The notes below the pieces were generated by a model. It saw only the letters and a list, made by a program, of their open reading frames with translations, had not been told where the DNA came from and searched no databases. Source: Pseudomonadota bacterium (GTDB lineage: Bacteria; Pseudomonadota; Gammaproteobacteria; Chromatiales; Chromatiaceae). From it: 36,483 nucleotides of DNA. The position numbers and the translations under genes are program-made. The DNA lies in NCBI GenBank assembly GCA_039714955.1, contig JBDLIF010000001.1:1-36483 (forward strand), in the 5' to 3' direction. Shown piece by piece: positions 7,876 through 17,322 of this stretch (position 1 is its first letter; each line of letters opens with the position of its first letter).

Positions 7876-9237
7876 CTATTTCAAATCATATTTATGGATA
7901 AGATCGTATAGTGTTGGTCTGCTGACTCCAAGTAATGCTGCTGCCTTGGAAACATTTCCTCTAACATGATTCAGCGCTCTCAGAATAGCGGTTGCTTCAC
8001 CCTTTTCACGTACTTCACGCAGATTCAGGGGCATACCATCTCCCTCAACATTGTTTAACTGGAGTTCATCCACGGTGATCTGTGCTCCATCGGCCATAAC
8101 CATTGCACGCTTGATCTTGTTTTCAAGCTCTCTAACATTTCCCGGCCAAGAATAATCTTCGATTGCCTGTAATGCGGATTTAGTGAATCCAATAACCTTA
8201 CGAGTCCCCTTGGTAGAATATTTCTCAAGAAAGGCCCAAGCAAGCAATACCGCATCGCCGACACGGTTCCTGAGTGCGGGAATATGTATAGTCACCTCGC
8301 TGATCCGATAAAAGAGATCCTGACGAAAACCCCCCGATTCGATCATTTTATCCAGATTCTGGTGGGTGGCGCATACAACCCTGACATCGACGGGAATCTC
8401 TGTTCGACCTCCAATGCGTTCAATGACCCTCTCTTGTAAAAAACGCAATAACTTAGCCTGAAGACTCATGGGCATATCGCCAATCTCATCGAGAAACAGG
8501 GTCCCGCCATCAGCTGATTCAATCTTCCCAATTGTCCGCTTATTTGCCCCGGTAAAAGCACCCTTCTCATACCCGAACAACTCGCTTTCAAGCAGTGTCT
8601 CTGGAATTGATGCGCAATTGATCGCAATGAATGGTTTATCGTTTCTCTCACCGAGCATATGAACAGCACGTGTAAGAATCTCTTTGCCCGTGCCACTTTC
8701 TCCCAGCAGAAGAACTGATATATCGGTGGGACTGACTTTCTCGATAACCCTGCATACCTCCAACATTTCAGGACTGTTTGCCACCAACCCATCCAAGGGG
8801 GATCTTCTTTGTTGATTGACCAGTGCCCTATTCTCTTCTTCCAGATGATATAAATTATATGCACGGTCGATAATCACCTTCAGCACATCTGGATCAATTG
8901 GCTTTTGATAAAAATCGTAAGCACCTAGTTCCACGGCATTCAGGGCATTTTCACGATCGTCATTGCCGGTAACCACGATCACTTTCGTTTTTGGTGACAG
9001 ATCCAGGATTTCCTGCAAGGTTGCCATTCCCTCGCTCACATTCGCGGGATCGGGTGGCAGCCCTAGATCAAGCGTGACAACAGGGGCCTCCGTGCGTCGT
9101 AACAGTGAAATTGCGTCATTCCTGTCACCGGCTATCTGGACATCATAGTCGTCAAAACACCATTTAAGCTGACTTTGCAGACCTGGATCGTCCTCGACTA
9201 CGACAAGTGTCCTCAATTGAGACGATTCATTACTCAA
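7876..9237 (-). CDS. prsR: Sigma54-dependent response regulator, PrsR-like (PEP-CTERM-box regulator type)
   Basis: Receiver domain (VVVEDDPGL...D in LDLGLPP). AAA+ domain ([23 protein letters not shown]). C-terminal Fis-type HTH (AAALLGVSRPTLYDLIHKY). The TTG start overlaps the kinase stop (TTGA). Confidence 0.7.
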   Translation of the reverse strand: MSNESSQLRTLVVVEDDPGLQSQLKWCFDDYDVQIAGDRNDAISLLRRTEAPVVTLDLGLPPDPANVSEGMATLQEILDLSPKTKVIVVTGNDDRENALNAVELGAYDFYQKPIDPDVLKVIIDRAYNLYHLEEENRALVNQQRRSPLDGLVANSPEMLEVCRVIEKVSPTDISVLLLGESGTGKEILTRAVHMLGERNDKPFIAINCASIPETLLESELFGYEKGAFTGANKRTIGKIESADGGTLFLDEIGDMPMSLQAKLLRFLQERVIERIGGRTEIPVDVRVVCATHQNLDKMIESGGFRQDLFYRISEVTIHIPALRNRVGDAVLLAWAFLEKYSTKGTRKVIGFTKSALQAIEDYSWPGNVRELENKIKRAMVMADGAQITVDELQLNNVEGDGMPLNLREVREKGEATAILRALNHVRGNVSKAAALLGVSRPTLYDLIHKYDLK

Positions 9238-11351
9238 TGCTGCACCTCGAATTCTTGGATTGAATTGGTATGAAGATGTTGACCGGAAGACATCATAACA
9301 GGGACCCTTAAAATAAAGCTTGTTCCCCTCTCTATCTCGCTCAGCACCTCTACATTGCCGCCTAAACTACGAATGAATTCGCGGCTTTCATAAACGCCTA
9401 TACCCATACCCGCGTTTCCTTTTGTCGTTTCAAATGGTTGAAACAGCCTTTCTTGGATAAATTCCTGATCCATACCAACTCCATTATCCTCGATCACTAT
9501 TTCAGCCATGCCCTTTTGCTGACTCAACCTGATCTTGACATAGCCAGTATCGGATGTGGCCTCCTGAGCATTCTTTATGATGTGACCAATGACATCGGTA
9601 AACCGATCCCTATCCGCTGCAATCTGTAAACCATCTGTCTCAAGAAACAAAACAGGCCTGGGCTCAAAGTGAGTGTGTTGCTCGACAGCTTGACGCAACG
9701 CATCAGTGATCAGGAACATCGTACCTTCGCTTTTCTCAAATCTTCCCTTACGTAGCTGGGCCAATAGACGCCCCAATTTTTTTGCTGCGTTATCGACCGT
9801 ATTGATCGCATCTTCCATAAATGCCGGATTGTTCCTATGTCGCTCAGCATTCTTGACCAGCAACTCCAGCTGCGCCAAGAGATTTTTCAGATCATGCACG
9901 ACAAACGCCGAAAGTCGGTTAAAGGCCTCAAACTGGTTTGCTCTGGCCAATGCCTCTGACGCGGTCATTAATGCCAGGTAGCTACCCGCCTGCTGCGCCG
10001 CGGTCTTTAACAGATCCCGATCCTCCCAGTTTATTTGTCTTGGAGCCCTTGGCTCCTTAAGAACGATAAAACCAATCAAATTGGCGTGATGCTTGATCGG
10101 TAATAATAGCCATATCAGTTCAAAGTTAGTAAGGCCTTGGGGTAACTCAAGATTGTCGTACACCCTTGGTGACTCACTTAATTCCTGAAAATCGATAACC
10201 CAGTCTCTATCTAGAAAAAAATTAATCAGCGAACTATTGGCATCGATCATCGTATTAAACCTAGGCATCCGCCAGCTGCTGACACAGGAATATTTCCCTG
10301 AGCCATCAAGCATCCAGAGTGCTCCACCACATGAATCGACCAGATCGGCCATTGCCTTAATCACTCGTTCCCTGATTTGTGCTCCAGGTTCTCCACTGGA
10401 TAGCGTATCAATTATTCTTAGCCATTCATCACGGTAATCATACTTATAATCAAAGAAATGTTTATTTACGAAAACCTTGATTCGAGAGCGTATCTGCCCC
10501 GAAAAAAGAACCATTATCAGGAACACAATCGCCATGAAGAGAAAGATTGCTTGTACGGCTTTACCCCAGGTACCTCCGTACAGGCGGATATAGTATCCAA
10601 CACCTGATGTGACAAGTAGATAGAAACCTGCGCCCAAAAGGGTCGTAGTGTGAAATACCACACGTCGAGAAACAAACAAACTTAAGGACCAATTTGGGTT
10701 TCTCACCGCGGCAACAACCAGCAGTGGAACCGCCAATATGCTGATAAAGCCCCTCGCTTCCCATAGAGAACCATCAATCTGGCGGTATAAAAGTCCATCC
10801 GCATAGAGGAAAAAGTCGTAGACGAACAGGGAGCCAATCCCCAGGTAGAGATATTTCACTGCCCAGCGTGTTTCCTGACGAGTGTTTCTGAATAGCTGTT
10901 CAATCAAGGCCAGGCCGACGATCGAGAATCCAAGATGTCCAATGAGAAGATGGAGATTGGCGATTTCTGACCAGACAGGATTGAAACTGGGGAGGCCTCT
11001 CAGAATATGTAGGAAGGGGAGCAAGAGTGTTAGGCCCAACACAACAGAAGGTAGATATCGAAAAAATCCGCGCTCAACTCCGCCCGCTTGTCTCAAATCC
11101 TTTAGCAGTCGGAGCAGGAAAACAAACCAGGCAACATTCTTTCCTGCCTCGAAGAGCTGATATACAAGGGCCGTTACCCGATTTTCCTCTAGCTGCAAGA
11201 AGACGGAGGCTACGGCCCAAGAGCAGGTCACCAGTACCGCCGTTACCAGATAGGCCCCTTCGATTCTGCCGCGCCAGTTGGTCAACAACAGCACGCTCAG
11301 GAGGAAATACATTAAAGCCGCGAAGGAATAGCCAAGTACTCCAATACCCAC
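9234..11351 (-). CDS. prsK: Multi-TM/GAF sensor histidine kinase, PrsK-like (PEP-CTERM system kinase type)
   Basis: About 300 aa of consecutive hydrophobic helices, a central GAF-like region, H-box (FVVHDLKNLL) and ATPase motifs (DNGVGM, GMGIGVY). Translationally coupled to the regulator. Confidence 0.7.
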   Translation of the reverse strand: MGIGVLGYSFAALMYFLLSVLLLTNWRGRIEGAYLVTAVLVTCSWAVASVFLQLEENRVTALVYQLFEAGKNVAWFVFLLRLLKDLRQAGGVERGFFRYLPSVVLGLTLLLPFLHILRGLPSFNPVWSEIANLHLLIGHLGFSIVGLALIEQLFRNTRQETRWAVKYLYLGIGSLFVYDFFLYADGLLYRQIDGSLWEARGFISILAVPLLVVAAVRNPNWSLSLFVSRRVVFHTTTLLGAGFYLLVTSGVGYYIRLYGGTWGKAVQAIFLFMAIVFLIMVLFSGQIRSRIKVFVNKHFFDYKYDYRDEWLRIIDTLSSGEPGAQIRERVIKAMADLVDSCGGALWMLDGSGKYSCVSSWRMPRFNTMIDANSSLINFFLDRDWVIDFQELSESPRVYDNLELPQGLTNFELIWLLLPIKHHANLIGFIVLKEPRAPRQINWEDRDLLKTAAQQAGSYLALMTASEALARANQFEAFNRLSAFVVHDLKNLLAQLELLVKNAERHRNNPAFMEDAINTVDNAAKKLGRLLAQLRKGRFEKSEGTMFLITDALRQAVEQHTHFEPRPVLFLETDGLQIAADRDRFTDVIGHIIKNAQEATSDTGYVKIRLSQQKGMAEIVIEDNGVGMDQEFIQERLFQPFETTKGNAGMGIGVYESREFIRSLGGNVEVLSEIERGTSFILRVPVMMSSGQHLHTNSIQEFEVQH

Positions 11352-11546
11352 CTAAAGACCCTCAATAGATAACAGGGATGATATCAAACCGGAACACCCT
11401 CTAAACGTGAAGATTTAAATGACTGACAAATTATGGAATTTGGGCAGTGCAGTCCAATTAACAGGAGAACAACCATGCTGGATGTTTTAGATTAGGTAAT
11501 CATTGTAAGTCACTGAATAACGATACAAACCTAGCCTTTTTATATC

Positions 11547-11567
11547 CACTATAGATATACTATAGTG
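11547..11567. promoter_or_regulatory. Perfect palindrome in the AT-rich divergent prsK/gspG control region
   Basis: cactatag-atata-ctatagtg, 8 bp arms with a 5 nt spacer. A candidate operator. Confidence 0.3.
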
Positions 11568-11769
11568 AATTCCTGTTCGATATTCACCCAAAAATCAGGA
11601 ATCCAAGTTATTATGGTTTGTTAAACAATCCTCTTTGTTAAAATTTTTACGTTTTGTGATAAAGAACCTGATTACCTGAGATATGCTATTTTGTCATCCA
11701 ATTAAATCCATATTAGATACTCCTATGCATCACCCTATTTCAAATAAACAACCTGCCGTCAGTCAAGCC

Positions 11770-12183
11770 ATGAAGGATAGTAAAGGATTCACCCTCATCG
11801 AAGTCATGGTCGTGGTGGTAATCCTGAGTATCTTGGCCGCTATTGTAGTGCCTAAGATTATGGACAGGCCAGAACAGGCCCGGGTTACCAAGGCAAAAAA
11901 CGACATTCGGGCCCTGGAGGCCGCGCTCAATCTCTATCGGCTCGATAACATGTTCTATCCGTCCACTGACCAGGGGCTTGAGGCACTCGTAACCGAACCC
12001 ACGGATACGCCAGAGCCCAAAAACTGGAAGGAAGGTGGATACATCGACCGACTACCCTCAGATCCCTGGGGTAATCCCTACCTCTATCTGAACCCCGGTG
12101 CACAGGGGGCAATTGATATCTACTCCACTGGCCTGGACCCACAATCAGAAGAGGATGATCTAGGTAACTGGAATCTGCAGTAG
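11770..12183 (+). CDS. gspG: Type II secretion major pseudopilin GspG
   Basis: Prepilin leader MKDSKG/FTLIEVMVVVVILSILAAIVVP. GspG body NDIRALEAALNLYRLDN...DPWGNPYLYLNPG. The ORF track opens at 11683; I prefer ATG 11770. Confidence 0.9.
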   Translation: MKDSKGFTLIEVMVVVVILSILAAIVVPKIMDRPEQARVTKAKNDIRALEAALNLYRLDNMFYPSTDQGLEALVTEPTDTPEPKNWKEGGYIDRLPSDPWGNPYLYLNPGAQGAIDIYSTGLDPQSEEDDLGNWNLQ

Positions 12184-12192
12184 TTCGCTGAA

Positions 12193-12723
12193 ATGCGACA
12201 AACCCACAGCGGTTTACTGCTTCCACGCCGTGCTTCGGCCTTCACAATGATCGAGGTGCTGGTGGTCATCCTGATCATCGGCATTATCATCAATTTTGTC
12301 GTCGTTACGGTGGGACACAAAAACCCGTTGGATGAGCTGAAGGCTGAAGCGAGACGCTTTTCCTCTCTTCTCGAGCTGGCCTCGGAAGAAGCCCTGCTCC
12401 GCTCCGAGCTGATTGGGGTTAGCGTGAAGGAGGACGCTTATCTCTTCGTTGTCCTGGATGAGGAGAGTTGGATGCCTATTCAGGAGACAGTGTTTCGCGA
12501 GCGAACATTACCAGCCAGCTTTCGGCTTAAAATCCTTACCGAACAACCCATGGATGATCAGTCCGATTCAGAGACACTGATACCGGACATCATACTCCTG
12601 CCAAGCGGAGAGATAACACCCTTCGAAGTAAAGGTTTCGTCCGATTTGAGTGAAGACTTTTTTCGCATCAGTGGCGCTGAAACAGGTACCCTGCAGCTGG
12701 ATCATGTCTCTCCATACGAATAA
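12193..12723 (+). CDS. gspH: Type II secretion minor pseudopilin GspH
   Basis: Prepilin-type N-terminus RRASA/FTMIEVLVVILIIGI, operon position, ~176 aa. Confidence 0.8.
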   Translation: MRQTHSGLLLPRRASAFTMIEVLVVILIIGIIINFVVVTVGHKNPLDELKAEARRFSSLLELASEEALLRSELIGVSVKEDAYLFVVLDEESWMPIQETVFRERTLPASFRLKILTEQPMDDQSDSETLIPDIILLPSGEITPFEVKVSSDLSEDFFRISGAETGTLQLDHVSPYE

Positions 12724-13108
12724 TCTCCCCATCGCTGCGCAAAGATTCAACCAGGGATTTACCCTATTGGAAGTCCTAGTTGCCCTTGTGATTCTTGCCA
12801 TTGCCCTGGCATCCATCATAAAGGTCGCCGCTAATCAATCACTCAATACAGAGCACCTGCGAAACAAAACATTGGCGCACTGGGTAGCCATGAATCAGAT
12901 AACTCAGCTTCATGTTACTCAAGAGTGGCCCCCCACCGGAGACAAACAGGGTACTGAAGAGATGGGACTGCACGAGTGGTATTGGCGGCGTGTCATAGCG
13001 AATACACCGGACGAACGGGTACGTAGAATCCAAATCAGTGTGTTTCGTGAGCAGGATGATGAATCACCGGTAACTCGACTCGTCAGCTTCCTTGCCCAGC
13101 CTAAATAA
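12704..13108 (+). CDS. gspI: Type II secretion minor pseudopilin GspI
   Basis: NQG/FTLLEVLVALVILAIAL leader. ATG 12704 overlaps the gspH end. The ORF-track start at 12650 lies inside gspH. Confidence 0.8.
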   Translation: MSLHTNNLPIAAQRFNQGFTLLEVLVALVILAIALASIIKVAANQSLNTEHLRNKTLAHWVAMNQITQLHVTQEWPPTGDKQGTEEMGLHEWYWRRVIANTPDERVRRIQISVFREQDDESPVTRLVSFLAQPK

Positions 13109-13786
13109 GTGCTATCCCGGCGTATGGCCCCCATTAAGCAGACAACCCGCCACCAGGGATTTACCCTGTTGGAACTCCTGATTGCAATCACCGTCTTTTC
13201 TATTCTCTCCACCATCACCTACAGTGGTTTGAAGGCAGTCCTGGATACGGAGGAGCGTACCCGTGATCACATTCACCGTCTATCACAGCTGCAAATCGGC
13301 CTGAACCTGATGCAGCGGGATATTGAGCAGGCTGTAACCAGGGAGATTCGTGATGAATTTGGTGACAGCCTACCCGCCATACGAAGCGGCGGCATTTCCA
13401 GCACGCTGCTGGAACTGACCCGTAATGGCTACCCCAACCCGATGAACCTGCAACGCAGTGGTCTACAACGTGTCGCCTACCAGCTGGAGGAGGATGCTCT
13501 CTATCGGATCACCTGGCCATCACTCGACCGGGCGCAGGACAGCAGTCCCAGGAGGAGTCGCCTTTTCGCCGATATCCAGAACGTTGAGCTGATCTACTAT
13601 GATCAACAGATGAAACGCCAGCAAACCTGGCCAGCTGTGAGCACGGAAGGAGATAATCCGCAATACCCGCTTCCCAAGGCGATAGAACTCACATTGGAAT
13701 TTGAGGGCATGGGCAAAATACGGCGTCTGTTCCGTGTGGCGGAGGCGCCAGCAACAAGTCAGGACGGTGATGCCAAAACCCAATAG
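13109..13786 (+). CDS. gspJ: Type II secretion minor pseudopilin GspJ
   Basis: HQG/FTLLELLIAITVFSILS leader, ~220 aa, operon position. The alternative start is ATG 13124. Confidence 0.8.
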   Translation: MLSRRMAPIKQTTRHQGFTLLELLIAITVFSILSTITYSGLKAVLDTEERTRDHIHRLSQLQIGLNLMQRDIEQAVTREIRDEFGDSLPAIRSGGISSTLLELTRNGYPNPMNLQRSGLQRVAYQLEEDALYRITWPSLDRAQDSSPRRSRLFADIQNVELIYYDQQMKRQQTWPAVSTEGDNPQYPLPKAIELTLEFEGMGKIRRLFRVAEAPATSQDGDAKTQ

Positions 13787-14753
13787 ACCCATGCGGACAC
13801 AATCCGGAGTCGCGCTGATCACTGCCGTCATGGTCGTCGCCATGGCCTCCATCGCAGCGCTTGCCATGACCCAAACCCTGCAGCTGAGCATACACCGGAC
13901 CAGCAATATTCTCATGGCCGATCAGCGCTATCTTTATACCCTTGGCAGCGAAGCCTGGGCACGCGGCCAGCTGATTCGGGACCTGGCGAGTGATAACCCG
14001 TACGATGGTCTGGATGAGGACTGGGCCAAGGAATTACCGCTCACCACAGTCGAAGAAGGTCAAGTCTATGCTAAGACATCGGATTTGCAGGGACTTTTCA
14101 ACTTGAACAATCTCTACCTGGAGGAACAGAGTGAGCAGGAAACCTCAGACAGCCTGAAACAGCAGTTAGCGGTTTTTCAACGGCTTCTATCGCTGCTGGA
14201 GCTGAACGAAGGCATTGCACAGGCAACGGCCGATTGGTTGGATCCAGATATTCAACCGCTATATCCAGATGGTGCCGAGGACAATGAATACCTGGGCCAG
14301 ACCCCGGCATACCGTACGGCCAATACCCGCATGGCGGACCCAACGGAATTGCGGCTGATAAACGGAGTGACATCAGAAACCTATGAAAAAATAAGCCCTT
14401 ATATCACCACACTGCCTGAATCCACTGGAGTAAACGTGAATACCGCCAGCGCTATACTGCTGCGTGCCTTGATTCAGCCCCTGGATGAATCCAATGTGGA
14501 GATGCTCATCAACGAACGAAAGGAGAACCCTTTCAAGGATACAAAGGCATTTATGGATAGACTCAATGAGCTTTTAAGTGATAATGAAAAAGCATCTATA
14601 ACAAACCTGGAACCCATGATCTCTGTATCCAGCAACTATTTTCAACTGGAGACTGCTGTTCAAATGGACAATGCAACCCAGAGACTTGTCAGCCTGTTAT
14701 ACAAGAGCAGTCAGGGCGTCAGCACCCTGTCGAGAAGACTTGGAAGTTACTAG
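13770..14753 (+). CDS. gspK: Type II secretion minor pseudopilin GspK
   Basis: QSGVALITAVMVVAMASI N-terminus lacking the conserved Glu5, size ~325 aa, operon position. The start could also be ATG 13791. Confidence 0.8.
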   Translation: MPKPNRPMRTQSGVALITAVMVVAMASIAALAMTQTLQLSIHRTSNILMADQRYLYTLGSEAWARGQLIRDLASDNPYDGLDEDWAKELPLTTVEEGQVYAKTSDLQGLFNLNNLYLEEQSEQETSDSLKQQLAVFQRLLSLLELNEGIAQATADWLDPDIQPLYPDGAEDNEYLGQTPAYRTANTRMADPTELRLINGVTSETYEKISPYITTLPESTGVNVNTASAILLRALIQPLDESNVEMLINERKENPFKDTKAFMDRLNELLSDNEKASITNLEPMISVSSNYFQLETAVQMDNATQRLVSLLYKSSQGVSTLSRRLGSY

Positions 14754-15986
14754 ATGTCAGACACAATCCTTATCTACCTGGAAGACCTCGCAAACGATCG
14801 GGTCAGTTGGCAGCCAATTGGCAAAAAGCCTTCACCGCTGAGCCCCAGAGGCACGGGTACGCTCGCCCAGGCCGCGGAAAAAATCAGGGGTTGGCGTCTT
14901 GTGCTAGCTGCCCCATCAAGTGCAATCCTGCTTACTCAAGTCGCTATCCCCTCGAAAAACAGACAGCGCCTGATTCAGGCCATCCCTTTTACCCTGGAGA
15001 ACGATTTAACTGAAGAGATCGATCGGCTCCACTTTGCACCAGACCTGCAATCGGATCAGGGCAGTACACCTGTCGCAGTGGTTTCCCGGAATCGCCTCGA
15101 GGAGTGGCTGGAACACTTCAACAGCCATAAACTCCGACCTCTAGCCCTCTATCCGGAACTGCTCTGTCTGCCTCTGACAAGTGGACATTGGAGCGTCTAT
15201 CTAGAAAATGAGAAAGCGCTGGTTCGGACAGGCAAGAACAGTGGATTTGTGGCAGACAGAGACAATCTTCCTCTGCTGCTCAGGACTGCCGAGGCCGAGG
15301 CAGCCGCTCCACCTGAACATCTGGACCTGATCATCGATCCCGCTCTCGACAAAGAAACAGCCGTAGCACCCATCAAACAGCTTGAATATAGCTACTCTGA
15401 GCTGGCATACAACGGTGACCTAACCCACCTGCTGGCAGAAAACCTGGATGAGAAACAATCACTCAACATTCTGCAGGGAGACTATAAACAGGTCGATACT
15501 AAGGCGGTCCAGTGGCGCCGCTGGCTGCCCGCGGCAGCACTTTTTACTCTCTTGATCGGCCTTCAGGCTATCAGCACCATCCTCGACTATTCCCACTACA
15601 AACAGCAAAGCGTTGACCTTGCCAGCGAGATCGAACAGGTCTTCAGGGGGGCCTTTCCTGACACAAAACGCATCGTCGACCCGCGGGTGCAAATGGAACA
15701 GCAACTTAAATTATTAAGAAAAGACAAGGGGGGCGAGCAGGCCAATTTTCTGGCCATGCTGGATTCCCCAGCGGCCGCCATCATGAAGATGCCGGGCAAC
15801 CGCGTGGAAAGCATCAATTTTCGAGATAACCAGCTTGACCTAAAGCTGACGCTCAAGGAACTGCAAACCCTGGAAAACCTGAAAAAGAAGATAGAGGCAG
15901 GGGGGCTGTCTGTTGAGATACGTTCCGCCAATGCCACGGGAAACCAGGTTACCTCCCATCTCAGAATCAGAAGAGGCGGCATATGA
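14754..15986 (+). CDS. gspL: Type II secretion inner-membrane protein GspL
   Basis: 410 aa with a cytoplasmic domain, a single TM (WLPAAALFTLLIGLQAI) and a periplasmic domain. The ATG directly follows the gspK stop. Confidence 0.8.
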   Translation: MSDTILIYLEDLANDRVSWQPIGKKPSPLSPRGTGTLAQAAEKIRGWRLVLAAPSSAILLTQVAIPSKNRQRLIQAIPFTLENDLTEEIDRLHFAPDLQSDQGSTPVAVVSRNRLEEWLEHFNSHKLRPLALYPELLCLPLTSGHWSVYLENEKALVRTGKNSGFVADRDNLPLLLRTAEAEAAAPPEHLDLIIDPALDKETAVAPIKQLEYSYSELAYNGDLTHLLAENLDEKQSLNILQGDYKQVDTKAVQWRRWLPAAALFTLLIGLQAISTILDYSHYKQQSVDLASEIEQVFRGAFPDTKRIVDPRVQMEQQLKLLRKDKGGEQANFLAMLDSPAAAIMKMPGNRVESINFRDNQLDLKLTLKELQTLENLKKKIEAGGLSVEIRSANATGNQVTSHLRIRRGGI

Positions 15987-16474
15987 AGCAGTGGTGGCTC
16001 TCCAGATCCCCTCAGGATAAGCTGGCTCTAATGGTCGGCCTCACGGCCGTTACCCTGCTGTTGCTCTATCTTTTACTCTGGCTTCCGTTCCAAAAACAGG
16101 TCGAGAAGAAGCGGTTACAGGTTCAGAATCAACGGTCTACCCTGAGCTGGATGAAGCAGAGTGCCGCGGAGGTCAACGCCCTGAAGGGAAAGTTGCCAGT
16201 AACGAGCAACGCCACCAGTAACCAAGCCCTGCTGACGCTCGTTGACAAAACCGCGAAACAGAACCAGTTGAGGAAGTTTATCCAGCGACTGAAACCGCAA
16301 GGCAGTGATGCTGTTCAGTTATGGATTGAACAGGTCCCGTTTGACACGCTGGTTCACTGGATGGGCCTCCTGGTAAAACAACACAGTATACGGCTTGAAT
16401 CGGTAAATATTGAGCGCCAGGAGAACAAAGGGGTCGTCAATGCACGGCTCAACCTGCAACGGAGACCATCCTGA
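15983..16474 (+). CDS. gspM: Type II secretion protein GspM
   Basis: 163 aa with an N-terminal TM (LALMVGLTAVTLLLLYLLLWLPF). ATGA overlap with gspL. Confidence 0.8.
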   Translation: MKQWWLSRSPQDKLALMVGLTAVTLLLLYLLLWLPFQKQVEKKRLQVQNQRSTLSWMKQSAAEVNALKGKLPVTSNATSNQALLTLVDKTAKQNQLRKFIQRLKPQGSDAVQLWIEQVPFDTLVHWMGLLVKQHSIRLESVNIERQENKGVVNARLNLQRRPS

Positions 16475-17223
16475 TGCGCTGGTGGTATCTTAGTCTGATC
16501 GGTTTTGCGGCTTATCTGTTTTTCTTAAGCGCCAACCTGCCGGCAGATTACGCCATTGACTGGCTGGAGAGTGGTAACCCGGCAATCAGCATCCGTGGCA
16601 GTGCCGGAACCGTCTGGAAGGGTGAGGCGGAAGAGGCAAGCTTTAACACTACCCCACTTGGCTCAGTCAAATGGAGGTTTACACCGCTTGGCCTTCTCGG
16701 GGGACAATTGAAATATCGACTTGAGCTGAGCGATCCGGGGCAAAATCTAACAGGATTCGCAGCCATGAATGTTATCACCGGCCAGTATCTCCTTAGCGGA
16801 TTACAAGGCCGTATCAGCGCCGAAATCATCCCCTCCCTGGTTGGGCAATCCTCCGTGCAGACCCGTGGTAATGTGGAGGTGGATATCGAAAAGCTTGGGT
16901 TTTCGCAACAGAAAATCACTTCGGCACTGGGTAATATCCGCTGGATCGACGCCACTGTTCAAAGCCCTATCAATGTTGAACTGGGTAATCTGCAATTCAA
17001 TCTCACCAGTGATGCATCTAGCGTAAAGACAACGATCAAGGATCTAGCGGGCCCACTGAAGGTGGATGGGGAGATCGTACTTTCACCCGATATGACCTAT
17101 CGGATCCAGGGAAAAATAAAACCGGCCTCCACTAGCGATACCGGCCTGGCGAATATGCTTCGCTCCATAGGTCGACCCGGGGCGGAAGGAAGCACGCTGA
17201 TCGACTATTCGGGTCAACTGTAA
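16474..17223 (+). CDS. gspN: Type II secretion protein GspN
   Basis: 249 aa with an N-terminal TM, then ...GTVWKGEA...LGSVKWRF.PLGLLGGQL, typical of the T2SS-N family. TGATG overlap with gspM. Confidence 0.7.
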   Translation: MRWWYLSLIGFAAYLFFLSANLPADYAIDWLESGNPAISIRGSAGTVWKGEAEEASFNTTPLGSVKWRFTPLGLLGGQLKYRLELSDPGQNLTGFAAMNVITGQYLLSGLQGRISAEIIPSLVGQSSVQTRGNVEVDIEKLGFSQQKITSALGNIRWIDATVQSPINVELGNLQFNLTSDASSVKTTIKDLAGPLKVDGEIVLSPDMTYRIQGKIKPASTSDTGLANMLRSIGRPGAEGSTLIDYSGQL

Positions 17224-17322
17224 ACTGAGGTACGCAAAAAGGGAAATTACTCTCCCAGACCTCATATACGACTTTGCAATATTCTGCTAATATCAGAAAA
17301 ATTAGGTTTTGTCTATAACCAT

